Part shown: positions 12,959 through 26,493 of the stretch, piece by piece
Position numbering within the stretch: the stretch's first letter is position 1
How the letters are laid out: the number at the start of each line of letters is the position of its first letter
Assembly (NCBI GenBank): GCA_051942205.1
Contig: JAVECO010000129.1
Location: 1 to 64,000, forward strand
Length of the DNA stretch: 64,000 nt
Source of the DNA: Coniocarpon cinnabarinum
Lineage: Eukaryota
Direction: 5' to 3'
Notes under the pieces: generated by a model
Told to the model about the DNA's origin: nothing
The model's database searches: none
The model's input: only the letters and a program-made list of their open reading frames with translations
Position numbers and translations under genes: made by a program

Positions 12959-14545
12959 ATGCCAGCGCGCAAGTCTCACAGAGACGCCATCTCTCCTCCC
13001 GCAACACCAGTCCGGAAATCAGCTCGTGCATCTCGTAACGCAAGTGCAGCCACAGTCGTAACAGAAGAAACTGTCGAGATCAATGAGACACCCGAAGCCG
13101 AGAAAGTGACTAGGAGTGGCAAACGCAAACGAGCTGCGATATCGTACAACGAGGACTCGAGCGCAGAAGCGGCGCACGAACACGTAGAAACTCCCGCCAA
13201 AAAGAATACGAAGTCACCGCGCCGCAGCAAAGCTATCAAGACAACCGCCACGAAGCTCGAGGCCGGACTTGAAGATTCAGACAGCAAATCGGCTCCTGCT
13301 CAGAACACGAAAAAGAGCGCCGCAAAAGCAAAGGCCGACCCCGCGCCCGTCACCGAAATCACCACTGAGACCATCGAAATCGCTGGTCCCGTCGACGAAG
13401 CCAATGCCGCCACGACCACCAAATCAAAACCCAAGCGTAAGTCCAAAGCCGAGAAAGAAGCAGAGATGATTCCCCTCGCTGCTCGGACTAATCCTACTGT
13501 TCGCCACATTGGCGCCCACGTCTCAGCAGCCGGCGGCGTCCAGCAGACTGTTCTCAATGCCCAGCACATCGGCGCCAACGCGTTCGCGTGCTTTTTAAAG
13601 TCCCAGCGGAAGTGGGCGAATCCTCCGCTCAAGGACGAGCATGCTGCTGCTTTCATCGCTGGCTGTCAGGAGAAGCAATATGAACAGGGGAAATACACTG
13701 TGCCGCATGGGAGTTATCTCGTTAATCTGGCGACGCCGGACCCGGACAAGGCCAAACAGGCTTATGACTCGTTCCTGGACGACTTGAAGCGATGTGACAC
13801 CCTGGGTATTCGGTTGTATAATTTCCACCCGGGGAATACGAATGGGGAAACCCGCTCTGAGGCCATTGCGAGATTGGCTGCGCAGCTGAACAGCGCGCAC
13901 AAGGAGACGCAATCGGTGGTTACGCTGCTTGAGAACATGGCGGCGGCGGGTGAGGCGAACACGATTGGTGGAATCTTCTCTGAGCTCGCCGCTGTGATCG
14001 CTCTCGTGGAGGATAAATCCCGCGTCGGAGTGTGTCTGGACACATGCCACGCCTTTGCAGCAGGGTACGATCTCCGCTCGCCCACCGCATATGCTCAAAC
14101 AATGAAGACCTTCGACGAAACAATCGGGTTCCGATATCTGCGAGCGGTGCATTTGAACGACTCAAAAGGCATGTTCGACTCGCATCGCGATCTCCACCAA
14201 AACATAGGCCTGGGCTTCATCGGCCTCCGCGGCTTCTGGAATCTCATGAACGACGACCGATTCAGGGACGTGCCCATGGTGTTGGAAACACCCATCGACA
14301 CCAAAGACGAAAAGGGCAAGGACGTCGAAGACAAGAGCGTGTGGGCGCGAGAAATCAAATTGTTGGAGAGTCTGGTGGGGATGGACGTCGAGAGTCCTGA
14401 GTTCCTCGCGATGGAACACGAGTTGGCGGCGAAGGGGGCGGCGGAGCGAGAGAAACTGAGGGCGCAATTCGAGAAGAAGGTTAATTCTCCGAGGAAGAAG
14501 AAAAAGGGGAAGAAAGTGGAGACGGACGATGAGGGGAGTGAATAG
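12959..14545 (+). CDS. APN1: AP endonuclease, endonuclease IV family
   Basis: IGAHVSAAGG, PHGSYLVNL, YNFHPG, LENMA, VCLDTCHAFAAGYD, HLNDSK, DLHQNIG, LETP; low-complexity basic N-terminus. Confidence 0.95.
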   Translation: MPARKSHRDAISPPATPVRKSARASRNASAATVVTEETVEINETPEAEKVTRSGKRKRAAISYNEDSSAEAAHEHVETPAKKNTKSPRRSKAIKTTATKLEAGLEDSDSKSAPAQNTKKSAAKAKADPAPVTEITTETIEIAGPVDEANAATTTKSKPKRKSKAEKEAEMIPLAARTNPTVRHIGAHVSAAGGVQQTVLNAQHIGANAFACFLKSQRKWANPPLKDEHAAAFIAGCQEKQYEQGKYTVPHGSYLVNLATPDPDKAKQAYDSFLDDLKRCDTLGIRLYNFHPGNTNGETRSEAIARLAAQLNSAHKETQSVVTLLENMAAAGEANTIGGIFSELAAVIALVEDKSRVGVCLDTCHAFAAGYDLRSPTAYAQTMKTFDETIGFRYLRAVHLNDSKGMFDSHRDLHQNIGLGFIGLRGFWNLMNDDRFRDVPMVLETPIDTKDEKGKDVEDKSVWAREIKLLESLVGMDVESPEFLAMEHELAAKGAAEREKLRAQFEKKVNSPRKKKKGKKVETDDEGSE

Positions 14546-15121
14546 GTCTGTAACTAAACCTCACCTTGAAAAACACAGGCTTCAGGAGGCCGACTTGCCA
14601 TCGGTCTGCAAGGATACGGATACGAGTTGGTGCCCGTCTCAGCCGAGGCGACAAAGCTGTACGAGTAGGAAAATTCAGATCACTGACCCGCGAGTAACAC
14701 GGCGAGAGCCCTTTCTCAGTGCTGAGACGCTGAATCATCGTGCGGCAAGTTCCATCCTACGAGACCCTCGCGGTGAGTGTCACGATGAGAGTCTTCGTCG
14801 GTTTTCAGTCTGGGCAATGAGCCTCTCCGATGAAGAAAGAGACTTCAGCTCACAAGCCCAGAGAATGAAAGCCGAGAGAATGAAAGCTAAGAGTATCACG
14901 GCGAAGGCACCAAAACGCCTCATGAAGCTTGGAAAAATGTCATAACAAACTATCGTCATCCTTGCGGTACAAATAATCTACAAAACGATGGTCTAAAAAC
15001 GATATCCTCCTAGATCAAACACCTCACTAATCAAATGCCCAACGCCATCGTTCCAATACTCCGCAGAACCAACCATCCAAATCACCCCAATCATCCCAAT
15101 CATGACCAAAAACCCACCTCA

Positions 15122-18100
15122 TCATCCCTTACTCTCCGTAATGGTAGCAAACAACCCCTCCGCAGCCGTCTGTCCCAACGCTTCCAAAGAGCCACTCCCC
15201 AACATCTCCAGAACACTGATATCAAACTTAAGCGTCGTCTTCCACCAAGAGCGCAACTCAATCGCGACCAACGAATCTAGTCCTAAATCCGTAAGCGGCA
15301 GCGCCAGGTTCAGATCCTCATGTGATTTCAGCAGCAAGTCAAAGAGTTTCTTCCCGATCTCCGCGGCGAGGATTTTAGCGGAATCCGGCGCTTTGAGAAT
15401 GGAGGGATCGTCCTTTGCGGAACTGAGCAGCATTTTGAGCTCTTCGTTGGCGGCGCCGCCGGCAGAACCGCCCGCGCGTTTGTAATTGTGGTAGACGGAC
15501 ATGCGACGGTCGGAGCGCCAAACGACGCGCTGGGCGTTGCTGCCGTTCAAAGAGTCGGCGGAGATGCCGAGCGTGATTGCGTACGGGGCCGCGACGCTGG
15601 AGAGCTTTGCGGCGCCGTTGCTGCCAGATGAGCGAGTGATGGGCGCCGTCATGGCGAGGAGCATGGCGTCGAGCAACTGCGCCTCGTTGAGGGGCGTGAA
15701 GCCGACGGATTTCAAGGTACGCGTCATATTCTCGAGATGCTCGACGACGCCGATGCCTGCCACGGCGCCGATGTCGACGACCGAAGCGGCGAGTCCTTGT
15801 CGGTTGCGGTAGTGCGCCATTGATGTCAAGAACGTGTTCGCGCTGGCATAGTTCGCTTGGCCGTGTTGACCGACGACTCCGGAAATGGAGCTGAACAGCA
15901 CGAAGAAGTCGAGCGTGATTCCCGCCGCCGATACGGCATTGTGCAGATTCCAGGTTCCCGTGACCTTGGGCGCGACGCACAACTTCCACTCGTCGAAGGT
16001 CATCTTGGGGAAGGCCTGATCCCGGAGGACGAGCGTCATCTGATGGATGCCCTTGAGCGGGAGGGTGCACGCTTTCAAAGCCTTGTCGACGTCCGCAGGC
16101 TTGGTCACGTCTCCTTTGACGAATTTCGCGGTGCAGCCAATGCTGGCCAGTTCCTGGGCGAAGACCTGATGCTCGGGGTCAGAGCCGGCACTCCGCGCCA
16201 TGAAGACGATTTCCTGGGCGCCGGCTTCGGCCATCCAGACCGCAATGGCGCGGCCTAGACCTCCGAGACCACCCACGAGGATGTAGGAGGTACCAGACGG
16301 GATCTTGAGTTCGCGGGTCTTCGAGGAGATTGAGAGATCCGGGGTCGCTGGTTCGGAAGGCTTGCGGATGGCGATGGCAATACGACCGATGTGGTTGCCC
16401 TTTTGCATGAAGCGGAAAGCTTCTTGCACTTCGGCGGCGCGGAAGGTATGGATTGGTTTGACGGGCTCGACTGTACCGTTGGCGCACGCGTCGACGACGC
16501 TTTGGATGACGCTGTTGCATGATTAGCTCTGCTACGTCGAGGAACTGGGAAAGAATATCGTGGTGCTGGACTTACTTTTGCAAAACATCTCTTCGATCCA
16601 TGAGCGGGTCGATGTCCACACACGTGTAACTCCTGTTGGCCAAAAATGGCTGCATGTCGAGTTTGCCACCGCCGAGAAGGTCTCGCTTACCGATCTCCAC
16701 CATGTGGCCCCAGGGAGCTAGACAGGTCCATGTGGCGTGCAGCAGCTCGCCGGACAATGAGTTGAGAATGACGTCGATGCCTTTGCCGCCTGTCTCGCGC
16801 TTGATGCCTTCAACGAAGGACGAGTCGCGAGAGTGGAAGATGCGGTTGCGAGCGAAGCCGTGCTCTTTCATGAGATACTGGACCTTCTCCTCGCTGCCGA
16901 CGGTAACGTACAGCTCTGCGCCCAACATGCGGGCGACTTGAATTGCGGCTAAGCCGACACCACCACAGGCGCTGTGAATGAGAACAGACTGTTGAGAGTA
17001 AGTCAGCGACGTTAACAGCGAAGAGCAAATGAATTCCATACCTGTCCACGCTGAAGATGACCGACGTTGATTAACGAGTACCACGCTGTGACATATGCAC
17101 CAAGCAAAGTGCCTCCTTGGTCGAAAGTCATGTTGTCAGGCATCTTCGCGACCAGGAACTCTGGCGCTGTGGTGATGGTTCCCATGGCGTTTCTGTGCAG
17201 CGAGAGGACTCTGTCACCGACTTTGAGGTTCTTGACGTCTGGGCCGATGCGACGGACCACACCAGAAATCTCGAAACCGAACTGGCGGGTAGACAGCTCG
17301 ACGATACCCATGGCAACGAGGATATCCTACGTCAAATGGTCAGTTGTGATCACTCACGAAACTCCTTCGTGCGACTTACTCTGAAGTTCAATCCTGCACT
17401 GTAGACATCGATCTCTACTGCATCAGCTTCAAGCGGAAGGTTCTCCTTTGGTGTCCAGTTCAATGTGTTGACTCGGCCAGGTGTAGCAACATCTAGTATG
17501 GCTTTCTCGCCTACTTTGTCAGTCATCAGAGCATCGCCGACGTTGAACGGATAGTATCGTCCAATTCTGATGTCGTCGCCTTCGATCATGTATTCGAAAT
17601 CAGGAGAGTCTCCCTCGGTCTGCTTGCGTGTGCTAAAAGCGCCGTATACCTTGATGATCTGCTGAGCTGAATCGTAGTTGGAAACCTCGCAGGTTGCGAA
17701 GTCAATAAGCATCTCTGATCGCATGGCGCGTGCGAAGCCAATGACCTGGCCGTTACCTGCGTCTTTGCAGTCGAGCTGGCAGGAGGGAGTGACCCAGAGA
17801 ATACCAGAACCGCCCAACTTCTGAAGGAAGCTTCTCAGTTTCTCGAACTTAGCAGAATCCAGGTTTGCGAAGTAGGACCCTTTCCGGTCCAGAAGGGAGA
17901 CGATGTCGTGCTCCACTGGGGGCTCTTCATCCAGCGTGCACAATGTCACTGCGTATCCAGCTTCCTTGAAGCCGTGAGACATAGTAGAAACTTCCTTCGC
18001 ATGGACATCGTCGCAAAGGATAGCCATCCGATGGGAGGGACCCTGTTTGGGTGCCTGGCTTGCGACGACTGTTGTGGTCAACTGATCTGTAGCGGTGCCT

Positions 18101-21100
18101 TCAATCTGATCGATGCCAGCGGCCGCAAGCTCTTCTTGCCATTGTTCTGTGCTGAGAGACAGACCCGCCCCGAACACATAGTTCACAAACCTCGAAGAAG
18201 CTGAAAGTTCCCTCAACAGCAGCTTGCCGTCTGCAGCCAAGAGTCTCTTGCAGTTGGCAAGGCTCTTCCGGATGGATGCCGTGTTGTGGATGACGTTGTT
18301 CGCAATGATCAAATCAAACTGGCGGTCATCAAATCCTTGTTCGGCGAGGTCTTGACTGATGTCCAAAGTACAGTACTCCATCCTTGCAAAAGCCTTCGAC
18401 TGGTCTTTCTCGGAGATGTAACCTGTCGAAGTCAAAGTGTACTTCGAGCAAAGGATGTGTCCATCTGACGTGGTCAAACGGTTGAGAACCTCGCTCGCCA
18501 CCGAACCCCTTTCATTGCCGATCTCGAGTATGGTCATGTTTGGTTTGGAATGGCCCAGGTATCGAAGGAGCTCAGGTTGCTCTGATCCATCGACGAGCTT
18601 GTAGAGCTCACGGAGTCTTTCGGCTGGAACGATCTTGTCAAGATTCTGGCCAGACAGAGTGAGATCCGTGTCCTCAGAAAGTTGCTGTAGCGTCTTCGCC
18701 GCCGCAGAGACAGGGGACTCAGACAGCTTTGCCACAAGATCTTGGATCTTCACAGAAAGCTCTGCGTTGCTCGATTTCTTGTGTCCCGATGAAGCAAGCT
18801 GATTTACTTGCTCTTGGATCCACGCCACGTACTTGGCGACAGGAGATCGACCCGCTGCTGCACTTGAGACTGTGCTGTCGGCACTCAGCAAGCACATCTG
18901 ACACAGTTCATCCAGCTGGCGCAAGGACTCCTCATTACTGCTGTCTGGCTTGATGAGCGACGGAATGTCGGCGAAATGGACGTCACTGTCCCACGTGTAG
19001 CGGCATCCAATTGGGTCATCGCCTTCACCTTTGGACGCGTTGTCGGCGGGTGAAGCAACGATGCCAGTAGCCTCCACGACGGAAGTGTCGCCAGAGACGA
19101 TGCGAGCCTTACCGTTGATGGATTGATTGCTAGAGAGACGCGCTTCGACCTCACAAATCATGTCGCCCGTGCAGCGACCAACGGTCATCTTTTCGACGGA
19201 AACGGGAAGCCAGCACCTAGCTTTACGCGTGTAGCCGTTTATGGAAGCAGTCATGACAAGCTGGAAGGTCGAGTCAAGCCGTGTGGGGTGAACATGATAG
19301 AAAGACTCATCGCCCGGCTTGCGATCGATCACTGTAGCAACTGAGAGGTTATCTGTGCCAGTCGAGGCTTCGATCTGGTCCAGACACTGGAAAGAGTGCT
19401 CCAAGCACAGGTTGTTCTTGTGCAAAGCATCATACCAGTGCCAGGTGCCGACCTTTCGTGGTAGAATGGCAGGCTTTGCCGCAACGCCTGGGTTTGGCTC
19501 TGCCACCGCCATTACCTCTCCCGTGGCGTGCTTGTTCCACGCGTGCCCGTTGTAGGCAGACACGGTGAACTCCCACCATTGGCTGTTGAGAGAATTGGTC
19601 AATTTGTGAGGACGCAGGGCCGTGACCATTTCAGTGGGCTTTCCTTCAGTTAGCACTAAAGCAGTGCTCACAATCATGTTTCGGACGCTGTAGCCGGCGT
19701 CGATGCCTGACAGCTGCCTCACAGCTTCACCAACCGCTGCCAGATATCCACAGAAGGGGAAGACGATATCTTCGCCAATGCGGTGATCACGCACCCATGG
19801 CACGTTCTCGAGATGGAACATGTTTCGCCAAACGGGCTCGAGGTCGGTGTTTTGAGGCACACGAGCTCCCAACAGATCATGGTATGGGTATTTCATGTGG
19901 CGCCATTCCTGTGACACTCGCGATTCTGACCAGTAGGAGGCTTCATAGTTCCAAGGGTATCTTGGAAGATCTTTGAGAGTGTTGCCATGAGGAAATACTG
20001 CTTCGAGGTTCATGGGTGCTTGGAGAGTGTAAAGCTTTCCAACCGCCTTGAAGAATGATTCTGTGCAGTCCTGTTTTCTCAACATGACGGGAACGTAAGG
20101 TGATTGAGAGGACTTGCTGGTGAGGATCTGTCTCAGTGGAGCAGACAGAGCACTGTGTGGTCCAACTTCGAAGAAGACCGCATTCTTGCCAATATCACTT
20201 TGCAAGATACTTGCGGTGGCCGGATGGAACAAGACAGGGCACTCAAGGTTGGCTTTCCAGTATTCTGCGCCCAAGGAACGGCTTTCTGGCAGCTGCTCGC
20301 CGTATACACTGGAGAAGAATGGTACGGTAGGCTCTTTCTCATGAACGTGTGGACGCATCAACGCGAGGTAATCTTGTCCAATCTCCGCCATGTGCTTGGA
20401 GTGGTAAGCCTTTTCGACCTCCAGCAGCCTTGCTAGCATCTCAGGCGTGTCAGTCTTGATTGCCTTGACCATCGCCTTGACTGCGGGAGCATCGCCTGAG
20501 ATGGTGACACTTTGTGGAGAGTTGTCACAGGCGATGACCACGCCCGGTTGGAGGTAACGCTCCGTGTCAGCCCAGCCCATGCCGATGGCTGCCATGGCAC
20601 CCTCTCGTTGTTGCAACTTTGTTACCGCTCCACGGTGGTGTGCGACCACAATGGCTTCCTTGGCGGTGAGCGCGCCGGCAGCAAAAGCTGCTGCGATTTC
20701 TCCACTGGAGTGGCCAACAACAGCATCGGGTGTTATACCCACGCTTTGCAGGAGCTCGACCAGAGCAATCTGTACGGCTGTGCAAAGGGGTTGGGAGAAG
20801 ACTGCCTTGGACACTTGGCTCATTTTTCCAGATTTGAGCAGTTCCTCGCGAATGGAGTATCCTGGGCCGCCCTTGATGGCTGTGTTCAAAGCGTGATCGA
20901 GGGAGTCGATGCTGTCGTTGAAGACGCTATGAGAGCGCATCAGCTCCCGACCCATAAGCGGCCATTGCGCACCCTGGCCTGTAAAGACCATCACAATGTT
21001 AGGTTTCTTTCCAGCCTTGGCTGCGGGTGATGCTGCTCCCATCATGCCATTGTTGAAGACAGCGAACGACCGGTGAGGGAGGTGCTCTCTTCGTCGAGCC

Positions 21101-22764
21101 AAGGTATAGGCCAGATCGCCGACCCTTTCAGGGTTTGACTCTGTCCACTGCTGATATTGGGCAGCTAGTCTGTCCAGCGATTTAGCTGTGTTTGCGGAAT
21201 AGAGCATCAGTTGAGGCCCGCTCGTTGGCTTCTGCGTTACGGGAGCTACTCCTGAGGTCGCTGCAGAATCGAGAATGACATGACCGTTGGACCCGCCAAT
21301 GCCGAACGAGTTGATGCTAACTCGCTCGCGTTTGTTCTTAGGCCACGGGGTCGGGTCAACTGGCACAGTCAACTTGCCCTCCTCGAACGGGATCTTGGGG
21401 TTAGGACTCGTGAAGCGGATATTGGGAGGGATCGTTTGATTCTCCAGAGCGAGAACCATCTTGATGATAGAGACGAGGCCAGATGCTCCCTCCGAGTGGC
21501 CCATGTTGGGCTTGACTGACCCAATATAGACACCCGAGTCGCCGCTGCTAAAAACGCGAGCGACAGCGTTGCACTCGATGGGGTCGCCCACGGGCGTGCC
21601 AGTCCCGTGACATTCTACCATGGCTGTGTCCTGGAAGTCCTTGATGCCGGCTAGTTTGTAGGCACGGCGCATCAATAACTCCTGCGACTTAGCATCAGGG
21701 ACTGAAATTCCAGCGCCCAAATTTCCGTTGGCGTTGAAGGAGGTGGCTCTGATGACGGCTCGGACTGGGTTACCGTCTCTGATTGCGTGGGCGAGCGGTT
21801 TGACTACAATGGCGGTTGCAGCTTCACCTCTGGCGTATCCATCGGCGTCCCCTGAAAAGCTCTTGCACGCACCGTCTGCGGCGAGGACACCCTGCTCCGT
21901 CATTGTGCTCATCATTGTTGGTGTCAGAATCAGGTTAACACCCGACACCAGGGCGGCTTCGCAATCGCCTCGTGACAAAGCCATGCAAGCTTCGTTCAAG
22001 GCTGCCAGCGAGGACGAACAAGCAGCTCTGACTGTTGAGCTGGGACCTCGAAGACCCATCTCATATGAAATTCGATTGGCAACCATGAAGTCTTGAGATC
22101 CGGCAACGCGATGGATGCCGTATGGTTGAGTGTCCCGGAGGCTCATCTCCAGCCAGTCTTCGCCGAAACTGCCCGCATAGGATCCTATCGATTTTCCTTT
22201 CCAGCCTGTGATGCCGGCATCTTCGAAACTTTCCCGAGCGACTTCTAGTAAGAGTCGCTGCTGGGGATCAAGGCGTTCGGCCTCCACTCGACCCGGGCTG
22301 AAGAACGAAGTGTCGAGTGCCGATAGGTCGACAGTGTCGTCGAGGAAGAAGCCATACTCTGTGCCAACATGAGCAGGCTTCTTCCCTGGAGCGTAGTATG
22401 CGTCTATGTTGAATCGAGACTCTGGAACTCGAGAACGCGCATCGCCCTTGTTCAAAAGAAATTGCCAAAAGTCTTGAGGTGTTCGAAGACCACCTGGAAG
22501 ACGCAGAGCCATGCCACAGATAGCTATGGGAGTTGCGTTGGCGTTGTCAACGGCCGCGCCATCAATGGATAGGCCATTGCTGTAATGTCCGTTTGTTGTA
22601 GGCATTGTGTCTCCATTGGCGTGTAGTCCGTTGGTGTGGACAGCGTCTCCGTTGGAGAGACCGTTTGCTGTGTCGCCGTTGACCCGGTGTCCATTCATGG
22701 TGGCATGCCCATTCTGCAGGCGCTCGCCACCATTGACGGTGCTTGTCTCAACTCCGTAGGCCAT
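15122..22764 (-). CDS. Highly reducing iterative type I PKS, KS-AT-DH-(degenerate cMT)-ER-KR-ACP, ~2490 aa (exons 22764-17380, 17326-17042, 16988-16576, 16511-15122)
   Basis: KS AACSSS/ECHGTGT/GHSE; AT GHSSGE, AYHS; DH DHRIGEDIVFP and HPTRLD; MT-like LEIGNERG...DLIIANNVIH; ER HSACGGVG; KR GGLGGLG, GQANYASAN; ACP LGLDSL; no TE or R domain; exon lengths sum to 7473 nt (whole codons). Confidence 0.96.
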
Positions 22765-23099
22765 TTGTGAGGCTTGCTTTTAGAAGGTAGGGATATCTAA
22801 CGAGCGTACAATGCTAAATGTGCATGGGAACTGGTACTTTTTTCGTGGACGTCTGTCCCAGCGGCTTCTTATCAACCATACCCACGAGCACGCCACGGAA
22901 TCGTGCCCAATGGATGTACCGCAGAAGCTGAGAGGCATACCGGCCCGACGTCGACGCTCTCGATTACTGAGATCATCCGCGTTCCGCTGGGGGAACACCA
23001 TTGTCAGAAGCGTCCTGTGCTTGCATCCCGAGACGCCTTACTCTCTGTTTCCGCGCGGAGCCTTGAGTCCGGCGGGTCAGCAAGCCGTGTGCTCGCGCT

Positions 23100-23115
23100 C
23101 CGCGTCCGGACCGCG
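23100..23115. promoter_or_regulatory. Candidate cluster Zn2Cys6 site CCGCGTCCGGACCGCG (CCG-N8-CCG) upstream of the PKS
   Basis: 14/16 identical to 25580-25595; same spacing recurs at 25465 and 32461. Confidence 0.45.
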
Positions 23116-23914
23116 CTTTTTCTGCTGACATTCCTCTCGATGCACAGAATGAAGTTGCGGTCATCGGAATCAAGTTATGGGATTATGCAGGAAGAGATCA
23201 ACATATGCAAGGTTGTGCCCTTAGCTACTTTTTTGGGCCGAGGGTGGGTCGCCTGCCATGTGGCGCATAAAACACTTTTTTCTGATTACGCCTTCGTTAG
23301 ACAGCCACTTAGTCGTACCTTTCGAGCATGAGCACACCTACTCTTCTGTCCAGAATTTCTGTCTGGGATCCAGAGTCTGCATCATGTGTTGAAAGTTGAT
23401 GGAAATAGTGTGGCATCTACGCTGTGGCATCGACGCCACGAATTCTGATACCGATCCTTGCTTTGCGCATTGATGCACATGGGTTGCACGTGGCGACAGG
23501 GGTGACCTTGCCAGTGCGATGCGAGAAAGATGGTGTCGTTTCGCTGTAGATGATGATCGATCTCCATGTACAGCCCAGGCTGCACGTCATCGTTTCTCTA
23601 GTCTAGCGCTCTGTTCAGCGATGCGAAGCAGTTGCCATGCTGTGCTTGCTTCTTCGCAAGTGTACTGAGCAGATCTGATGCTTCAAATCAAACATCTATT
23701 AGCAACGATGCGTCGCTCGAGACACTGTTTGTCGACGGACACAAAAGAGCAAAGCTGCTTGCAGTCTATAACTCCGCCCTGTCATTCACGCTATGCTTGC
23801 ATGTTGTTCTGTAGAATGCCCTAATGTACAAGGCTAATGGAAAGCTCAGCATCATAGACCCTCAGCAGCCAGTCTATATGGAACTCGCTAGGTGGAGGTG
23901 TCAAGTACAAATGC

Positions 23915-25439
23915 TCAAGCACTACCTTGAAGGAGCGCACCAACCTGCTGTGCTGCCTTGGGTACCCTTCCGTTCTCTCCGCTTTCCTCAATCTCAATCA
24001 TCTCCTGGGCGAAGTTGCACAGCGTATCGGCTAGATAGTCCACTTGCTCCTCTTTATTTGCAGCATGGAACATGACTCTGATTCTGCTTTTGCCCTTGGG
24101 AACAGAGGGATACTCCACAGGTTGAGCCGAGACGTGCGCCAGCAAGAGGTGGAACGTAAGCCACCAAGTGTAATCTTGGCGGGTCCAAACAGGTAGGATG
24201 TGAGCGTGGAACTCTCGGTCCTGCCAGCCCTCACTGACGGGAATGAACAAGATACCCATGGCATTTGCTTTGGGCCAGATAGGCTTGGACGTGATGGTCT
24301 GGAAGAAATACTTGACGAGATGCTGGACTTGGCTTTGATGCTGCGTGTTCATCAGATGACGGTCCTTTGCTGTCTACCCAAGTGTTATTACTCACCCATT
24401 CTAGAACACCGTGCGATAGAAGATTGTACGCTGCTCTCATTCCAGCTACGGCGTGGAATGGCATTGCCGTAGTGTAGATAACCTGGTGAGCATAATTCAA
24501 GAGAGCTGTCCGTACCGTCATGTTGCCTAGGATGATGGCTAAGAGGACGTTAGATTGAAGGCCAGAAGCTTCGGGCAAGAAACAATGCTCACCACCAGAC
24601 GACGCCAGAGCTTTTCCACACGTATGCAGTCTGATCGCTACATCCCTCTCCATTCCAAGGTGTTTCACCAGTCCCGCTCCTTTTGGTCCGACTATCCCAG
24701 TCGCATGCGCTTCGTCAACAATAAACACAGCGTTCCCTGCTGTGCAAACTTCCTTAGATACCTTGACCATTTCTCTCAGCGGACATATGTCACCATCGAC
24801 CGAATATACCGATTCTACTGATATGAGAACCGAGTTCGATCCGTCTCGAATCTTGGGGTGAGTGTCAATGATGTTCTGCAGGGTCTCTCTCAGCGAAGCG
24901 ACATCATTGTGGAGGAAAGCAACACTCGTTTTGGCAGCGGAGAGCTTGATTCCGTCGTAGGTACTTTTGTGTGCCAACTCATCGTGCACAATAACGTCGT
25001 CTGCTAAGGGAATTGACGAATAGATGGCCAAATTGCAGTTGTACCCAGAGTTCATGATTAGGCCTGCCTCAGCCCCATGAAAATCTGCAATCATCTGCTC
25101 GGTGTCTTCCACGTAGTCATAGTTTCCATCTAACAGTCGTGAACCACCAGCGTACAAAGAAAATTGGGGACGGCTCGCCAATTCGCCCAGAAACGCCGTA
25201 CGTATCTGGCCAGTAGATCCTAGCGATAAAAGATCGTTCGAAGAAAAGTCGAGGCCGTCTCCATCCTTCCATATCGCTTTGATTCTCGTGACAAGCGACT
25301 TGCTCTTTCGTTTGGCGTCCAAAGTTTCCTGAAGGTTTCGCTCGAACGTAGACGCATCTCTCAGCTCGGTGCCTCTGAGCTGCTGACTCGCAATCCAGTT
25401 CGCCAGAAACTTGACGCCTGTTTGCTGCGGCGAAGCCAT
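23915..25439 (-). CDS. PLP-dependent alpha-oxoamine synthase (aminotransferase class II, BioF/SPT/SphA/Fum8 family), copy 1, ~471 aa (exons 25439-24593, 24538-24396, 24340-23915)
   Basis: DFSSNDLL, GGSRLLDG, DELAHKS, FLHND, ESVYSVDGD, DEAHA, catalytic HTCGK, PSVPKGKSRIR. Confidence 0.93.
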
Positions 25440-25579
25440 GGGGGCAAGAGACCGCTCGATGCAGCCGGATCCTTTCCGCGATGGTCGGTGTGAGAGTGCG
25501 TGGCGCTTCTTTGATTTTTCATCCAGGCATAACGCGGGTGATATTGGATTCCACATATGATTCGTAAGATCGAAGTCCG

Positions 25580-25595
25580 CCGCGTCTGGTCCGCG
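25580..25595. promoter_or_regulatory. Candidate cluster Zn2Cys6 site CCGCGTCTGGTCCGCG upstream of oxoamine synthase 1
   Basis: Near-identical to the PKS promoter site, same orientation relative to the gene. Confidence 0.45.
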
Positions 25596-26493
25596 GAAGG
25601 AGTTCGCGGGAGCCGTTTTTCAGGTGAGACGGGCATCTCGGCCCGCTTTGCGAAATGGGCATAGAGTGCGACTAGACGGTTCGGTTGGTATTCGTCTTCG
25701 ACCGCATCATGGGAACGGCCATTCCGTGTCTGAAATTAGCTCGGCAAACAGCAACATCACTCTTTAGTCACGGCGAGCTAATGCATGAGCTATTCCGTTT
25801 GGCTTCGATCAAGCTGGGCTCTTCGAGAATGGAGATGCCAAGTAAGACGCCCCGATAATCGTTTCGTTGGTTCCATGATCGCTCTGGCGATCCTGAAAGC
25901 CTACGCAAAGAGCCTAATAGGTTTTCTGCACATCAATGAGGTGTAGACACTAGCTGCCTGAAGGTACATACGTTGACAGGTCCAAGGCATAGTGTCAGAA
26001 ATCGTGGCGCAAATGCTACAGCCCAAAGATTACATTGTTTCTCATGCATTTTTGCAGAATTTGTCAAGACCCTGAAACCTGGAGTCAAATTTTGGGTGAA
26101 CAACGGGTGTAATCCTACTCGTGCCATTTGACTGTAGAGGCTTCTCTGACAAGGCCTGTGTAAGATGCTTTTGGAATGATTGTTTGTGTGCGCCACGACT
26201 TTCGCGATACCGTCTGAACAACGCCAGAACGAACGTCGATACGGATCAAAACTCTGAAATCTAATTTTTTTCGGAGTATAGAGGTCTGACATGCTTTTGA
26301 CATGCATCTTTGCTGTATACAACCCATCTATTGTTATTCCTTAAAAGTTTTCCAAGTCATTCTCATTAGTCTTCCTTCCCGGAAGCGCCCCATGAGTTCG
26401 TTATAACGCAATTAATCAAAGAGCTGGCTGCTCTACCGCTGGTATCGGCAGAGGCGATGCTCAAAATGCAAAATCGGCTTCTGAAGCCAGTCT

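Noticed and set aside
22570..22745. About ten Asn-Gly (NG/NGH) repeats at the PKS N-terminus
   Set aside because: Such low-complexity leaders are common in fungal PKSs; nothing specific here
23915..25439. Reading the oxoamine synthases as biotin BioF or housekeeping SPT
   Set aside because: No bioDA neighbour, no SPT membrane anchor seen, and both sit with a release-less HR-PKS and an SDR
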